Translations under genes and position numbers: made by a program
Notes under the pieces: model-generated
Database searches by the model: none
The model's input: the letters and a program-made list of their open reading frames with translations, nothing else
Told to the model about the DNA's origin: nothing
Origin: Candidatus Eiseniibacteriota bacterium
GTDB taxonomy: Bacteria; Eisenbacteria; RBG-16-71-46; SZUA-252
Length of the DNA: 64,000 nt
Direction: 5' to 3'
NCBI GenBank assembly: GCA_031370645.1
Contig: JANMQV010000152.1
Coordinates: 16,144 to 80,143 of the forward strand
In this document: piece by piece, positions 20,601-29,527 of the stretch
Layout of the letters: each line of letters starts with the position of its first letter
Position numbering within the stretch: the first letter of the stretch is position 1

Positions 20601-20630
20601 CGCGCCGATTTGAAAGTTCTCCTCCACTGA
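17622..20630 (+). CDS. large periplasmic chaperone / peptidyl-prolyl cis-trans isomerase (SurA/PpiD family, parvulin PpiC domain)
   Basis: Signal peptide. SurA-N-like chaperone modules appear twice. A clear parvulin domain is present (IRVRHILVS...[46 protein letters not shown]). Total length 1002 aa. Confidence 0.7.
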   Translation: [1002 protein letters not shown]

Positions 20631-20715
20631 GTTTTCCGCTTGCGGCGCTTTCCACCCGCGCCTAGCATCCGGTTGCCCCGCTTCACCCCCGCGGCCCGGC
20701 TCGGAAGGAGAACCG

Positions 20716-21405
20716 ATGACCGGGACCCACGCACCGACGATTCAAAGCCGAGACGAACAGGAGCGACCGCGAGAGCGGCTTCTCGAGTGGGGCGCCGCGG
20801 CGCTCACGGATGTCGACCTCCTGGCGGCCATCCTCGGCACCGGGACGTCTGGCGCCGACGTGCTCGAGACCGCCGGACGTCTGGCGCGCTCCGTCAACAT
20901 CCGGCGGCTCCACTTGGTGCCGGCCGAAGACCTGCTCGCCGTGCGCGGCCTCGGTCCGGCCCGCGCCGCCCAGCTCCTCGCGGCCGCCGAATTGGGGCGG
21001 CGTCTCTGGCCCGACGGGGAAGCGGCGCCGCTCGTCCGCGGACCCGAACAGATCTACGAATTGACCCGCGACATTCGTACGGCGAATCGAGAGCATTTCG
21101 TCGGCTTCTATCTGAACTCGCGCCATCAGGTACTCCGCCGCGATATCATCTCGATTGGAAGTCTGAACGCGAGCATCGTTCATCCGCGCGAGGTCTACCT
21201 GCCGGCGATCGCGCTTTCGGCGGCGAGTCTCGTTCTCGCGCACAACCACCCTTCGGGGGATCCGACCCCCAGCGAGGAAGACTTGGCCATCACGCGGCGC
21301 CTGCACGAAGCGGGGCGGCTCCTCGGCATCGAACTCGTCGATCACGTCGTCGTCGCGCGCGACGCCTATGCGTCGTTTCGAGAGCGGAAGCTGCTCCGCG
21401 GATGA
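20716..21405 (+). CDS. radC: RadC-family JAMM/MPN+ protein (UPF0758)
   Basis: N-terminal HhH region (LLAAILGTG) and the JAMM motif HNHPSGDPTPSEEDLAITRRL. Good SD (GGAAGGAG) upstream. Confidence 0.85.
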   Translation: MTGTHAPTIQSRDEQERPRERLLEWGAAALTDVDLLAAILGTGTSGADVLETAGRLARSVNIRRLHLVPAEDLLAVRGLGPARAAQLLAAAELGRRLWPDGEAAPLVRGPEQIYELTRDIRTANREHFVGFYLNSRHQVLRRDIISIGSLNASIVHPREVYLPAIALSAASLVLAHNHPSGDPTPSEEDLAITRRLHEAGRLLGIELVDHVVVARDAYASFRERKLLRG

Positions 21406-22430
21406 AACGTTCGGCGCCATTCGTGCTCCACGCGCTTCTCGTGACGCACCTCGCGGTGCTTCTCGGCGCGTTGACCGGCTGCGGAGGGAGCGCGACTTCC
21501 TCCGGAACGCGGGCGGAGATCGACGACGGCGCGCCTCCCTCGTTCCTGGTCGCGAGCGCCGACACGGCACTCGCATCGGGCGACCCCGAAGGGGCACGCC
21601 GTCTCCTCCTCCGGGCCGAGAAGGCCGCGCCCGAGAGCGCCTTCGTCCATCTCGGTTTCGGACGCCTGCTGACGGCGCTCCGCCGCTACAAGGACGCCAA
21701 GGAATCGTTCGAGCGGGCGGCAGCGCTCGACCGGACGAGCCCCGAGCCGGCCTATTGGCTCGGCAGGGCCTACCAACAATCGGGCGACCTCGCGGCGGCG
21801 GCCGAGGCGTACGGGGTCGCGCTTCGGCTCGATCCGAATCACCGCGCGGCGGCCGCGGCGCTCGCGCCGATCTTGGGTGCCCGCTTCGAGGCGGCCGGCA
21901 TTCCGGGCGAGTACGCCCTCCTCCGCGACCGGTCGACGCTCACGCGTGGCGAGATGGCGGTCGTGCTCGCCGTGGAATTGGGGGCCGACCCCGATCGCGC
22001 CGCGTGGCGGTCGGATGCTTCACATCCCGAGGCAAATGAAGAACTCGCCACGGCGTGGGGCGCGAAATGGGCCAAAGCAGCGGCGTCGCGCGAATGGATC
22101 ACGCCCTTCGCCGACGGAAGCTTCCATCTCGACGATCCGGTGACGCGCGCGGCTCTCGCGTTAGCGCTCCTTTCCGTCGAACGCCGGTGGGGGATCGCCA
22201 CCGGCGCGGCGCCGCCCGAGACGACGACGGTCGCCTTTCCCGATGTCGGTCCGCGCCACTATCTCTACCGCGCGGCCACGAGAGCGACCCTCGCCGGGCT
22301 ACCACGGAGGGGCGAAACGGGCCGGTTCGAGCCATGGGCCTCGGCCACAGGAGTCGAAATGATGGAGGCGATTCGTGGTCTGGCGCGCCGTCTGGGGGCA
22401 AGTCCGGTCGTTTCGTCGGAACAGCGTTAG
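21402..22430 (+). CDS. TPR-repeat lipoprotein with C-terminal SLH-like segment
   Basis: Lipobox LTGC after the signal peptide. TPR-like helical repeats (AYWLGRAYQQSGDLAAAAEAYGVALRLDPNH). The C-terminal FPDVGPRHYLYRAATRATLAGL resembles an S-layer-homology motif. ATG overlaps the radC stop (ATGA). Confidence 0.45.
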   Translation: MKRSAPFVLHALLVTHLAVLLGALTGCGGSATSSGTRAEIDDGAPPSFLVASADTALASGDPEGARRLLLRAEKAAPESAFVHLGFGRLLTALRRYKDAKESFERAAALDRTSPEPAYWLGRAYQQSGDLAAAAEAYGVALRLDPNHRAAAAALAPILGARFEAAGIPGEYALLRDRSTLTRGEMAVVLAVELGADPDRAAWRSDASHPEANEELATAWGAKWAKAAASREWITPFADGSFHLDDPVTRAALALALLSVERRWGIATGAAPPETTTVAFPDVGPRHYLYRAATRATLAGLPRRGETGRFEPWASATGVEMMEAIRGLARRLGASPVVSSEQR

Positions 22431-22452
22431 TTCCCGGTGGTAAAATAGAAGG

Positions 22453-25227
22453 ATGACCCATTCCACGGGCCGGCTTTTCGCGGTCCTGATCTGCTTCCTT
22501 GCCGCCATCGCGACGGTTCCCACGTTTGCCGCCGCCGCTCCGCGTGCGCTCGACGCCCGCTCGGAGGGGGACGTGACGCCGCTTCGAGTCCTTCGGGCCC
22601 CCCACGGCGCGCCCCGCGTCTATGCTTCCGGCGATACGATCACGATCTACAGCGCCAGTTTGGAGACCCTCTCCAGTCCGGGGAACGAGGGAGGGTGGAC
22701 CCACATCGACATGTCGGGCCAGCCGACCGCGTGGCATATCGCGCCCGATCTCTCCTGCGAAGGGAATTCGTTCTGGTGCGGCGTCACCAACCCCGCTTGG
22801 ACCGGAGATCTCGACCAGAAGGGGTACGACAACGGCTGGACGCAGGAGGCATCGAACTACGTCGATCTCACCGGAGCGTTCTCCCCCGTGAAGATCGGCT
22901 TCAAGCACCGTCTGAACGTGGAATCGGGATACGATTTCGGCCGCTTCGAGGTGCTCGACCCGGACGAGGGGTGGGTGACCCTCGGTTCCTTCACCGGCGT
23001 CGTCGATCCGCCCGGCGCCGCGGCGTGCGACACCTTCTCGGTCCAAATTCCCGACTCCATCATCGCCAAGGGTGCGATCGTTCCATTCCGCTTCTCGTTC
23101 CTCTCCGATGTCTCGGGCTCCTCCGCCGACGGCCTCTATCCGAACGGAGCAGGTTGGTCGCTCGACAACGTGACGGTGGTGGCGGGCATTTCGGACGTCC
23201 GCTTCTTCGACGACTTCGAGGCGGGCATCGGCACCTGGAGCGTCAGCACCTTCCCGCCGGTCGGCGACACGTGGCGTCTCGTGACGAACGGCGCCACCGA
23301 ACAACTCTGCTCCACGAACATGACGAAGGTCTGGACCGCGGCGAGTCCCACGTCGGGAGCCCTTCTGCCGCGCGCCTTCGATATTCTCCAGAGTCCGGCG
23401 ATCGCCATGAGCGCGCCCGATCAGGTGTTCCTCTCGTTCGACGTCTTTCGCAATCTCCCGCTTCCCGCCTGCTTCTATTACAACATCACCTTCCGCGAGC
23501 GGAAGACGACCGATCTCGATTGGTCGCCCTGGATCGACCCGAGCGGGGTCCTCTATTTCGGAAACGAGAAGGAGTGGCTTCGTCAGACGATCCCCCTGGT
23601 GGGCGCCGGGGGGGCCGACTCGGTTCAATTCCGGCTCTCCATTCGCGATTTCGGGAATCTCTACTGCGATGGGAGTTCGACCGCGACGGGCACGCTTCTA
23701 CTTTTCGACAACCTCGAAATTCGCGTTGTCGGGCTGGCCGGTCCCTCCATCTCGACGACGGAGGCGGATCTCTTCCAAGACACGTTCAAAACGACGCCAT
23801 TCTTCGTGAACGACAACATCAACACACCGAAGGGGGACAGCCTCGTCGTCCGTGTCGCTGCCTCACGCGGCCTCAAGTCGACGTTTCTCCACTACAGCCT
23901 GAACGGCGCCGCCTTCACGGCGATACCGCTCGCGCCGACGGGCGCCTCCGCCTTGCATGCCTTCCAGGCGGACGTCCCCGCGGGCACCTACCCGCGCGGG
24001 AGCGTCGTCCGCTACTACATCGGTGCTACCGATTCGCTCGACGAGGTCGTGACGCTCCCGGCGGACGCGGTCGCCGCCTCGCACTATTTCTCGGTGTCGA
24101 TTCTTCCCGCCATTCAGGCGGCGTCTGGAATCTGTACCGGCGATTCGGCGCGAATCCTTTACGTGAATTCGGAGGCGCCGCTCGACGGCACGCCGGGAAT
24201 CGCGCAGGGGCTCGGCGCGCTCGGCACGCGCTTCGACCGCTACGACGTGAACGCCGCGGTATCGGGGCTCCGAAACGGGCTCGGGGGCGGCGACCCGCTC
24301 GACCCGAATCGGATCTGGCCCGCCACGCCGCTCTCCGCGATCGCCGGGTATTCGACCATCATCTGGGACGTGGGAGATCGATCGAACTCCACGCTGACGG
24401 CACAGGATCAGGCGCTCCTTCAATCGTGGGCGGCGCTTGCGGGGCGGAATCGGAATCTCCTCCTGGCGGGGGACAACCTCGCGCTCGATCTCGTCGTGAA
24501 CGGCACGGGCATACCGAACTTCCTCTCGTGCACCGCCGGCGCCACCTACATCCGCGACGGCTGGGAAGGCGCGCCGCAAGACACGCTTCAGCCGATTGTT
24601 GTCGGCGCGCCGGGAACGAAACTCGCGCCCGATCCGTTCCCCCTCGACGGCGGTTGTCCCGGGCTCAACCAGTTCGACGTGCTGACCCCCTCCGTCTGCG
24701 CGGGCGGAACGGGGCGGAATTGGCTCCTCTATCCAAATCAACTCGGCGCTGCAGTCGAGCGTCGCGCGGCACTCGGCGCGCCCGGCGCGGACAGCGTGCG
24801 CGCCGTGACCGCGGGCTTCACGTTCGCGGCGATGCTCAGCCCCGCGCAGCGGAATCTTTTTCTCTGGCGGACGGTTCACGAGGAGTTCGAAGAACCTTAT
24901 TGCTCGATTCCGACCGCCGTTCTTCCGACGCCTCCTTCGGCTTCGGCCGCGGCGGCGCGCCTCCTCGGAGCGGCGCCGAATCCGTTCAATCCGCAGACGA
25001 AGATTCGCTTCGAGCTCTCGCGAGGGGCGCGCGTGCGGCTCGCCATCTTCGACGTGAACGGATCTCGTGTGCGGACGCTGCTCGACGCGCCGCGTCCCGC
25101 GGGGCACTACGAAATCGGCTGGGACGGACGCGACGAGCAGGGACGGAGTGTCGCCACCGGCATGTATTTCTGCCGTTTGGAGGCTGGCGGGGCCTCTCAG
25201 GCGAGGAAGTTGACCCTCTTGCGCTAG
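22453..25227 (+). CDS. large secreted protein with T9SS-type C-terminal sorting domain (Por secretion CTD)
   Basis: Signal peptide. The last roughly 90 aa (NPFNPQTKIRFELSRGARVRLAIFDVNGSRVRTLLD...GHYEIGWDGRDEQGRSVATGMYFCRLEAGG) fit the TIGR04183-type T9SS CTD. The body is beta-rich with no recognised catalytic motif. Confidence 0.6.
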   Translation: MTHSTGRLFAVLICFLAAIATVPTFAAAAPRALDARSEGDVTPLRVLRAPHGAPRVYASGDTITIYSASLETLSSPGNEGGWTHIDMSGQPTAWHIAPDLSCEGNSFWCGVTNPAWTGDLDQKGYDNGWTQEASNYVDLTGAFSPVKIGFKHRLNVESGYDFGRFEVLDPDEGWVTLGSFTGVVDPPGAAACDTFSVQIPDSIIAKGAIVPFRFSFLSDVSGSSADGLYPNGAGWSLDNVTVVAGISDVRFFDDFEAGIGTWSVSTFPPVGDTWRLVTNGATEQLCSTNMTKVWTAASPTSGALLPRAFDILQSPAIAMSAPDQVFLSFDVFRNLPLPACFYYNITFRERKTTDLDWSPWIDPSGVLYFGNEKEWLRQTIPLVGAGGADSVQFRLSIRDFGNLYCDGSSTATGTLLLFDNLEIRVVGLAGPSISTTEADLFQDTFKTTPFFVNDNINTPKGDSLVVRVAASRGLKSTFLHYSLNGAAFTAIPLAPTGASALHAFQADVPAGTYPRGSVVRYYIGATDSLDEVVTLPADAVAASHYFSVSILPAIQAASGICTGDSARILYVNSEAPLDGTPGIAQGLGALGTRFDRYDVNAAVSGLRNGLGGGDPLDPNRIWPATPLSAIAGYSTIIWDVGDRSNSTLTAQDQALLQSWAALAGRNRNLLLAGDNLALDLVVNGTGIPNFLSCTAGATYIRDGWEGAPQDTLQPIVVGAPGTKLAPDPFPLDGGCPGLNQFDVLTPSVCAGGTGRNWLLYPNQLGAAVERRAALGAPGADSVRAVTAGFTFAAMLSPAQRNLFLWRTVHEEFEEPYCSIPTAVLPTPPSASAAAARLLGAAPNPFNPQTKIRFELSRGARVRLAIFDVNGSRVRTLLDAPRPAGHYEIGWDGRDEQGRSVATGMYFCRLEAGGASQARKLTLLR

Positions 25228-25249
25228 GTCCGTTTCGGCCCTATTCTTG

Positions 25250-25392
25250 TAGGTCACAACTGCAGACATCCTTCGGGGCGGGGCGCAAGTCCCCACCGGC
25301 GGTACAGCCCGCGAGCCTGGGACCTTGGTCCTCGGCAGATCCGGTGCAACTCCGGAGCCGACCGTTACAGTCGGGATGGAAGAAGGATGCAA
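25250..25392 (+). ncRNA. FMN riboswitch (RFN element)
   Basis: Conserved FMN-aptamer blocks in order: CUUCGGGGCGGGG-GCAAGUCCCCACCGGCGGUA-AGCCCGCGAGC-GGCAGAUCCGGUGCAACUCCGGAGCCGAC-GU-AGUCGGGAUGGAAGAAGGAU. Lies immediately upstream of ribD. Confidence 0.85.
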
Positions 25393-25430
25393 CGTTCGTC
25401 GGCGTTCGCGGCGTTAGACCGCGTGTGCCC

Positions 25431-25457
25431 CGCGGGTGTCTGCCTGCGGGGTTTTTC
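25431..25457 (+). terminator. riboswitch expression-platform terminator hairpin (CCCCGC...GCGGGG + UUUUU)
   Basis: GC stem CCCCGCGG/CCTGCGGGG followed by TTTTT, about 40 nt after the aptamer. Typical FMN-dependent intrinsic terminator. Confidence 0.6.
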
Positions 25458-25542
25458 TATGCGGCTCGAGTCCGGGGCGGCGCGCGACGCGGCCCTCATC
25501 CACGAATCATCCGGCGGCGTTTCGGCGGCCGAGCGAACCGCG

Positions 25543-26634
25543 ATGCGGGAGGCGATCCGCCTCGCGCGGCGCGGCGTCGGCGGCACGCATCCGAATCCGC
25601 GTGTCGGTGCGGTCGTGCTCACGGAGGGGCGTCCCGCGTCCCGCGGTTGGCACGCGCGAGCGGGCGAGGCGCACGCCGAGATCCGCGCGCTCGCGGATGC
25701 CGGCCCCCGCGCCCGCGGCGCCACGCTCGTCGTCACCCTCGAGCCGTGCGCCCACCAAGGCCGCACTCCTCCCTGTGCCGAAGCCATCCTCGCCTCCGGA
25801 ATCCGCCGTGTCGTCGTGGGGATGGTCGATCCGAACCCCATCGTGAATGGCCGCGGACTCGAGGCCCTTCGCGCGGCCGGCGTGGATGTCGTGGTCGGCG
25901 TGCTTGAAGAGGAGTGCCGCGCGCTGAACGGCCCGTACCTGAAAGCACTCGCGACGGGGCTCCCGTGGGTCACGTTGAAGGCGATGCTCTCCCTCGACGG
26001 CCGCATCGCGACCGACGCGGGCGATTCACGCGGCCTCGGCGGTGTCGAAGAGCAGCGGCTCTGCCACCGGCTTCGCGCCGAACACGACGCCGTGCTGATC
26101 GGAAGCGGCACGCTTCTCGCCGACGACCCGCTCCTCACCGTGCGGCTCGCTCGCGGGAGAACGCCCTGGCGCGTCGTGCTCGATTCCACGCTTCGGATGC
26201 CCGAGCGGGCCGCGATTCTCGGCACGACGGGTGATGCGCCTCTCATCGTGGCGACGGTATCGCGAGACGAGGCTCGAATCGCCGCGCTGGAAGCGCGCGG
26301 GGCCACGGTGTGGCGATTCGAACCGACCGACGCGGGAAAGGTGCCGCTTCGCCCTCTGCTCGAACGGCTGGCGAGCGAAGGGCGTTGCGCCCTCCTCGTG
26401 GAGGGAGGCACCGCGGTTCATACGTCGTTCCTCCGTGAGGGATGGGCCGACAGTGTCGCGGTCGGCATCGCGCCCGTTCTCCTGGGGGGCTCGGCGCCGC
26501 GCGCCTGGACCGGAGATCTCGGACGGGCGCGCCTCGGCGACGCGATCGAAATCGAATCGGTTCGCTCGCGCCGCGTCGGCCGCGATCTCTGGATCGAAGG
26601 GACGATTCGCCGCGCGGAGGAAACGGGTGTTTAG
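25543..26634 (+). CDS. ribD: bifunctional diaminohydroxyphosphoribosylaminopyrimidine deaminase / 5-amino-6-(5-phosphoribosylamino)uracil reductase
   Basis: Deaminase zinc motifs HAE...(P)CxxC (GEAHAEIRAL, LEPCAHQGRTPPC), then the RibD C-terminal reductase domain. Start ambiguity: ATG 25459 abuts the terminator T-tract with no SD; ATG 25543 (MREAIRLARRG) matches the E. coli RibD N-terminus and is preferred. Confidence 0.85.
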   Translation: MREAIRLARRGVGGTHPNPRVGAVVLTEGRPASRGWHARAGEAHAEIRALADAGPRARGATLVVTLEPCAHQGRTPPCAEAILASGIRRVVVGMVDPNPIVNGRGLEALRAAGVDVVVGVLEEECRALNGPYLKALATGLPWVTLKAMLSLDGRIATDAGDSRGLGGVEEQRLCHRLRAEHDAVLIGSGTLLADDPLLTVRLARGRTPWRVVLDSTLRMPERAAILGTTGDAPLIVATVSRDEARIAALEARGATVWRFEPTDAGKVPLRPLLERLASEGRCALLVEGGTAVHTSFLREGWADSVAVGIAPVLLGGSAPRAWTGDLGRARLGDAIEIESVRSRRVGRDLWIEGTIRRAEETGV

Positions 26635-27259
26635 CGGGATCGTGGAGCGCGTCGGGACCATCGAGCGTCGCGCCGAATCGAACGCGGGCGTGAGTTTTCA
26701 CGTGCGCGCCGGGTTCGACCCCGCGCCGGCGCCCGGAGCGAGCATCGCGGTGCACGGCGTCTGCCTCACCGTCGAGCGCGCCTCCGAGGGAGCCTTCGAC
26801 GTCACGGCGGTCGCGGAGACGCTCCGCCGGACGAATCTCGGCGCGCTCACGGAGGGCGCCCGCGTGAATCTCGAACGCGCGCTTCGCGTGGGGGACGAAA
26901 TCGGCGGGCACTGGGTACAAGGGCACGTCGACGGACTCGGCACGGTGGCGGCGGTGGAGACGCGAGGCGGTGACGTGCGCGTCGCGATTGAAACGCCGGC
27001 GCCGCTCCGGCGTTATGTGGCCGAGAAAGGATCGATCACCGTGGACGGCATTAGCCTCACGGTCGCCGCTTGGGAGGATCCGCGCCTCGTCGTGGCGCTG
27101 ATTCCGTACACGCTCGAACAGACCACCGCGTCGGCCTGGCGCCCGGGAACGCGAGTGAACCTTGAAGTAGACGTCGTGGCGCGTTACCTGGATCGCCTCC
27201 TCGCGGCACGCGCGGGCGAGGCGGAGGGCGCTGCCGCGCCGCAGACGGAGGCATCGTGA
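26627..27259 (+). CDS. ribE: riboflavin synthase alpha chain
   Basis: [11 protein letters not shown]-terminus and the duplicated lumazine-binding halves (GxSLTV motifs). GTG start overlaps the ribD end. Confidence 0.9.
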   Translation: MFSGIVERVGTIERRAESNAGVSFHVRAGFDPAPAPGASIAVHGVCLTVERASEGAFDVTAVAETLRRTNLGALTEGARVNLERALRVGDEIGGHWVQGHVDGLGTVAAVETRGGDVRVAIETPAPLRRYVAEKGSITVDGISLTVAAWEDPRLVVALIPYTLEQTTASAWRPGTRVNLEVDVVARYLDRLLAARAGEAEGAAAPQTEAS

Positions 27260-28575
27260 ACCGGGAGTCGAAGCGCAAGAACGGAGCGGGACCGCGGGGC
27301 CGCAAAGCCTCGGCGGGGGACGGCGTCGGAAAGATCGACGACGCGCTCCGCGCGCTCAAACGGGGCGAGATGGTCGTCGTCGTGGACGACGAAGACCGGG
27401 AGAACGAAGGCGACTTCGTGATGGCCGCCGAGAAGACGACGGCCGACGACGTGAATTTCATGACGCGAGAGGCGCGCGGACTCCTCTGTGTCTCGTTGCC
27501 GGGTGAGCGGCTGGAGCAATTGGGCCTCGGGCTCATGGCGCCGGCGAATACCGCTCGGTTCGCGACACCCTTCACCGTTTCGGTCGATCTCCTGCAAGGC
27601 ACGACATCGGGTTCCTCCACGCGGGATCGCGCGCTCACGATTCGCGCCCTCGCTTCGGCCAAGACGAAGCCGGAAGCGCTCGCGCGACCGGGGCATGTCT
27701 TCCCGCTCAAGGCGGACGACCACGGCGTGCTCCGCCGTCCGGGGCACACGGAGGCGGCGCTCGACCTCGCGCGGTTGGCGGGGCTTCGACCGGCCGGCGT
27801 GCTCTGCGAAATTCTCGCGGCCGACGGCACCATGGCGCGGGGCCCCGAATTGATCCGGATCGCGAAGAAGCACGGCATGGTTCTCATCACCATCCGCGAC
27901 CTCGTTCGCTACCGCTATCAGCGGGAGCGGCTCGTGAAGCGCATCGCTTCCTCGCGCCTTCCGACGAAGCACGGCATCTTCCGGGTCGTCGTCTATGAAA
28001 GCCCGCTCGACGGCGCGCACCATGTGGCGCTCGTCAAGGGAACGCCCTCCGCCTCGCGAGCCGATGTGGTTCGTCTTCATTCGCAATGCCTCACCGGCGA
28101 CGTCTTCGGCTCGATGCGCTGCGATTGCGGCGAGCAGATGGTGGCGGCGCTCGAACGGATCGAAGAAGAAGGGGCTGGCGCCTTCCTCTACCTTCGCCAA
28201 GAAGGGCGGGGGATCGGGCTCGCCAACAAGCTCCGCGCGTACGAGCTTCAAGACATGGGGCTCGACACGGTGGAAGCGAACGTCCGGCTCGGCTTCGCGC
28301 CCGATCTCCGCGACTACGGCATCGCGGCGCAGATCCTGCGCGACCTCGGCTATGAGAAAGTGCGGCTCCTCACGAACAATCCTCAGAAGGTCGACGCGCT
28401 CCGCGACTACGGCATCGCCGTGGAGGAGCGAGAGCCGATCGAGATCCTCCCGAATTCGGTGAACGAGCGATATCTCCGGACGAAGCGGGAGCGGATGGGG
28501 CACCTCTTGAAGAATCCGCTCCTTCGCGAAGCGGCCGCCGCGCACGGGAACGGCCGACGGGGACGGGGCGCGTGA
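27256..28575 (+). CDS. ribBA: bifunctional 3,4-dihydroxy-2-butanone-4-phosphate synthase / GTP cyclohydrolase II
   Basis: DHBP synthase motif ([15 protein letters not shown]) and the GTP cyclohydrolase II zinc motif ([15 protein letters not shown]). Confidence 0.9.
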   Translation: MNRESKRKNGAGPRGRKASAGDGVGKIDDALRALKRGEMVVVVDDEDRENEGDFVMAAEKTTADDVNFMTREARGLLCVSLPGERLEQLGLGLMAPANTARFATPFTVSVDLLQGTTSGSSTRDRALTIRALASAKTKPEALARPGHVFPLKADDHGVLRRPGHTEAALDLARLAGLRPAGVLCEILAADGTMARGPELIRIAKKHGMVLITIRDLVRYRYQRERLVKRIASSRLPTKHGIFRVVVYESPLDGAHHVALVKGTPSASRADVVRLHSQCLTGDVFGSMRCDCGEQMVAALERIEEEGAGAFLYLRQEGRGIGLANKLRAYELQDMGLDTVEANVRLGFAPDLRDYGIAAQILRDLGYEKVRLLTNNPQKVDALRDYGIAVEEREPIEILPNSVNERYLRTKRERMGHLLKNPLLREAAAAHGNGRRGRGA

Positions 28576-29114
28576 GCCCGGTTCGTCCGCTCGGCCGACG
28601 GGGAGGGGAAGTCTTTTCCGTCCCTCGCGGTGCGCGGCTATTCGTCGGGAATCCCGCCGCTGGGCGGGGACTTCGCGTCGCGATCGTCGCGTCCCGCTTC
28701 AACGACCGGATCACGGCTCGGCTTCTCGAAGGCGCGTTCGGCGCGCTCGAGGCGGCCGGTGTTCGCGCGAAAGACCTGGCCGTGACGTTCGTGCCCGGGG
28801 CATTCGAACTTCCGTTCACGGCCCGAACCCTGGCGGCCTCGCGGCGCTACGACGCGATCGTCTGCTTAGGAGCCGTCGTTCGGGGCGGCACGCCCCACTT
28901 CGACTACGTGGCGGGCGAGGCGTCGCGCGGGATCGCGCGCGCTTCCGAGGGGACCGGCGTTCCGGTTCTCTTCGGCGTGCTGACGACCGACAACGAGCGG
29001 CAGGCGCTCGACCGCTCCGGCGGCCGGCTCGGAAATCGCGGAGCCGACGCGGCCCGCGCCGCGATCGAGATGGCGCAGGTCGCCCGGCAGCTCCGGGGAA
29101 GGAGACGAGCATGA
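28572..29114 (+). CDS. ribH: 6,7-dimethyl-8-ribityllumazine synthase
   Basis: Lumazine synthase fold ([27 protein letters not shown]). Confidence 0.9.
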   Translation: MSPVRPLGRRGGEVFSVPRGARLFVGNPAAGRGLRVAIVASRFNDRITARLLEGAFGALEAAGVRAKDLAVTFVPGAFELPFTARTLAASRRYDAIVCLGAVVRGGTPHFDYVAGEASRGIARASEGTGVPVLFGVLTTDNERQALDRSGGRLGNRGADAARAAIEMAQVARQLRGRRRA

Positions 29115-29527
29115 CCTCCCGCCGGCAGGGACGAGAACTCGCCTTTCGCGCCGTCTATCAGGCGGACGTGACGGGGGAGACCCCGAACCATTGCCTCGAG
29201 GAGATTCTCGAAGAGACGCCCTCCTCGGACGAAATTCGCCTCTTCGCCGCCACGCTCGTGTCGGAATTGGAGGAACATCGCGACAACGTCGACGCCATCG
29301 TCTCACGGACGGCTCATAATTGGCCGCTTCGCCGCATGGCCGCGACCGACCGCTCCGTGATCCGCGTGGCCGTCGTGGAACTGCTCCATCACGCGGAGAC
29401 GCCGACGCGGGTCGCCCTCGACGAAGCGATCGAAATCGCGAAGAAATACGGCTCGGAAACGTCGGGATCGTTCGTGAACGGAATCCTTGACCGAATCGCC
29501 CACGACGAGCGACCCTCCGCGGGATGA
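29111..29527 (+). CDS. nusB: transcription antitermination factor NusB
   Basis: NusB family (RELAFRAVYQ...). Canonical position after ribH. Confidence 0.85.
   Translation: MTSRRQGRELAFRAVYQADVTGETPNHCLEEILEETPSSDEIRLFAATLVSELEEHRDNVDAIVSRTAHNWPLRRMAATDRSVIRVAVVELLHHAETPTRVALDEAIEIAKKYGSETSGSFVNGILDRIAHDERPSAG

Noticed and set aside
25387-25458. Upstream ATG starts for ribD at 25387 and 25459
   Set aside because: 25387 lies inside the FMN aptamer P1 region. 25459 follows the terminator U-tract with no SD. 25543 matches the RibD N-terminal alignment. 25459 is kept as a possible alternative.
22695-25907. 1070-aa + strand ORF in an alternative frame overlapping the T9SS cargo gene and the FMN riboswitch
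   Set aside because: Extremely Arg-rich nonsense translation. It runs straight through a conserved structured RNA. The frame at 22453 has a signal peptide and a CTD instead.
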